A stretch of 53,788 nt of DNA, from IMG/VR virus record IMGVR_UViG_3300031953_000017, positions 1 through 53,788 of that record. One strand, given 5' to 3'. This document shows, piece after piece, positions 53,550-53,788 of this stretch. The DNA comes from a virus. Taxonomy: Duplodnaviria; Caudoviricetes. Positions within the stretch are counted from its first letter, which is position 1. Every line of letters starts with the position of its first letter. The position numbers were made by a program, and so were the translations under genes. Under the pieces are notes generated by a model that was not told the DNA's origin, ran no database searches, and saw only the letters and a program-made list of their open reading frames with translations.

Positions 53550-53788
53550 CAGACCTCCACCCCCTTCGTATACATCTCTTGTATGTAGTCGGCAGCAACA
53601 TCAGCCGACTCCCCCGAACAGGAGCGCGCCCAAGCAACTGCATCAACGAATGCATCATTCGCTGCATCCGCCCTTGCTTGCTCGATGCGTTCGTCCTCGG
53701 TCGGTGCGGTGACAGACTCCAAAGCGAGCGTTAGCCGCCTCACAAGATCGAGCGAGCTGCCAGGGTAAAGATCTATCTTCCAGCCCAC
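53549..53788 (-). CDS. 3' part of the hypothetical protein that starts at 187
   Basis: Frame continuous across the repeat. Confidence 0.75.
   Translation of the reverse strand: MGWKIDLYPGSSLDLVRRLTLALESVTAPTEDERIEQARADAANDAFVDAVAWARSCSGESADVAADYIQEMYTKGVEV
53662..53788. repeat. 127-bp exact direct repeat, right copy
   Basis: Identical to 1-127. Confidence 0.95.

Noticed and set aside
132-53734. Many long antisense or overlapping ORFs in the six-frame track (e.g. 6367..7251 +, 15444..16316 -, 42708..43475 +)
   Set aside because: They shadow well-supported genes on the opposite strand, as expected in GC-rich DNA, and show no motifs or RBS.
1-53788. Alternative genetic code, diversity-generating retroelement or intron/intein
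   Set aside because: Core genes are intact under the standard code using all three stops; no reverse transcriptase, homing endonuclease or intein motifs recognised.

Overview
The window is a complete, circularly assembled tailed-phage genome. Bases 1-127 are repeated exactly at 53662-53788, giving a unique length of about 53,661 bp, and one gene reads across the join. The organisation is that of a GC-rich actinobacterial siphovirus, probably with a Microbacteriaceae-type host (inference). A rightward arm (12.8-39.5 kb) holds small unknown genes, terminase, portal, protease/scaffold, capsid, neck, two tandem tail-tube genes, a frameshifted tail chaperone, tape measure, minor tail proteins, endolysin and holin. 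A leftward arm (39.5 kb across the join to 12.4 kb) holds RuvC-like resolvase, SLOG protein, C5 DNA methyltransferase, primase-helicase, SSB, PD-(D/E)XK exonuclease, ERF annealase, DnaQ-like exonuclease, SMC/Rad50-like ATPase, MazG-like protein, SF2 helicase and many small early genes. I recognise no integrase, repressor cassette or replicative DNA polymerase. The most unusual signals are: (1) a 110-nt tRNA-shaped RNA with a normal acceptor/D/T frame but an anticodon arm replaced by a long GNRA-capped stem; (2) a non-coding locus at 13.1-13.5 kb that appears to make two structured RNAs with mutually complementary 5' ends; (3) a phage-encoded LPXTG sortase substrate; (4) three unrelated proteins ending in the same acidic E-G-F tail; (5) a second G-GGT-TTC slippery site outside the tail chaperone; (6) a Cys-rich ORF with no canonical start; (7) a four-copy palindromic operator and many apparently leaderless promoters; (8) an AT-rich region bracketed by two perfect DnaA boxes. 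All functional calls come from motifs and synteny read by eye; no database search or folding program was run.
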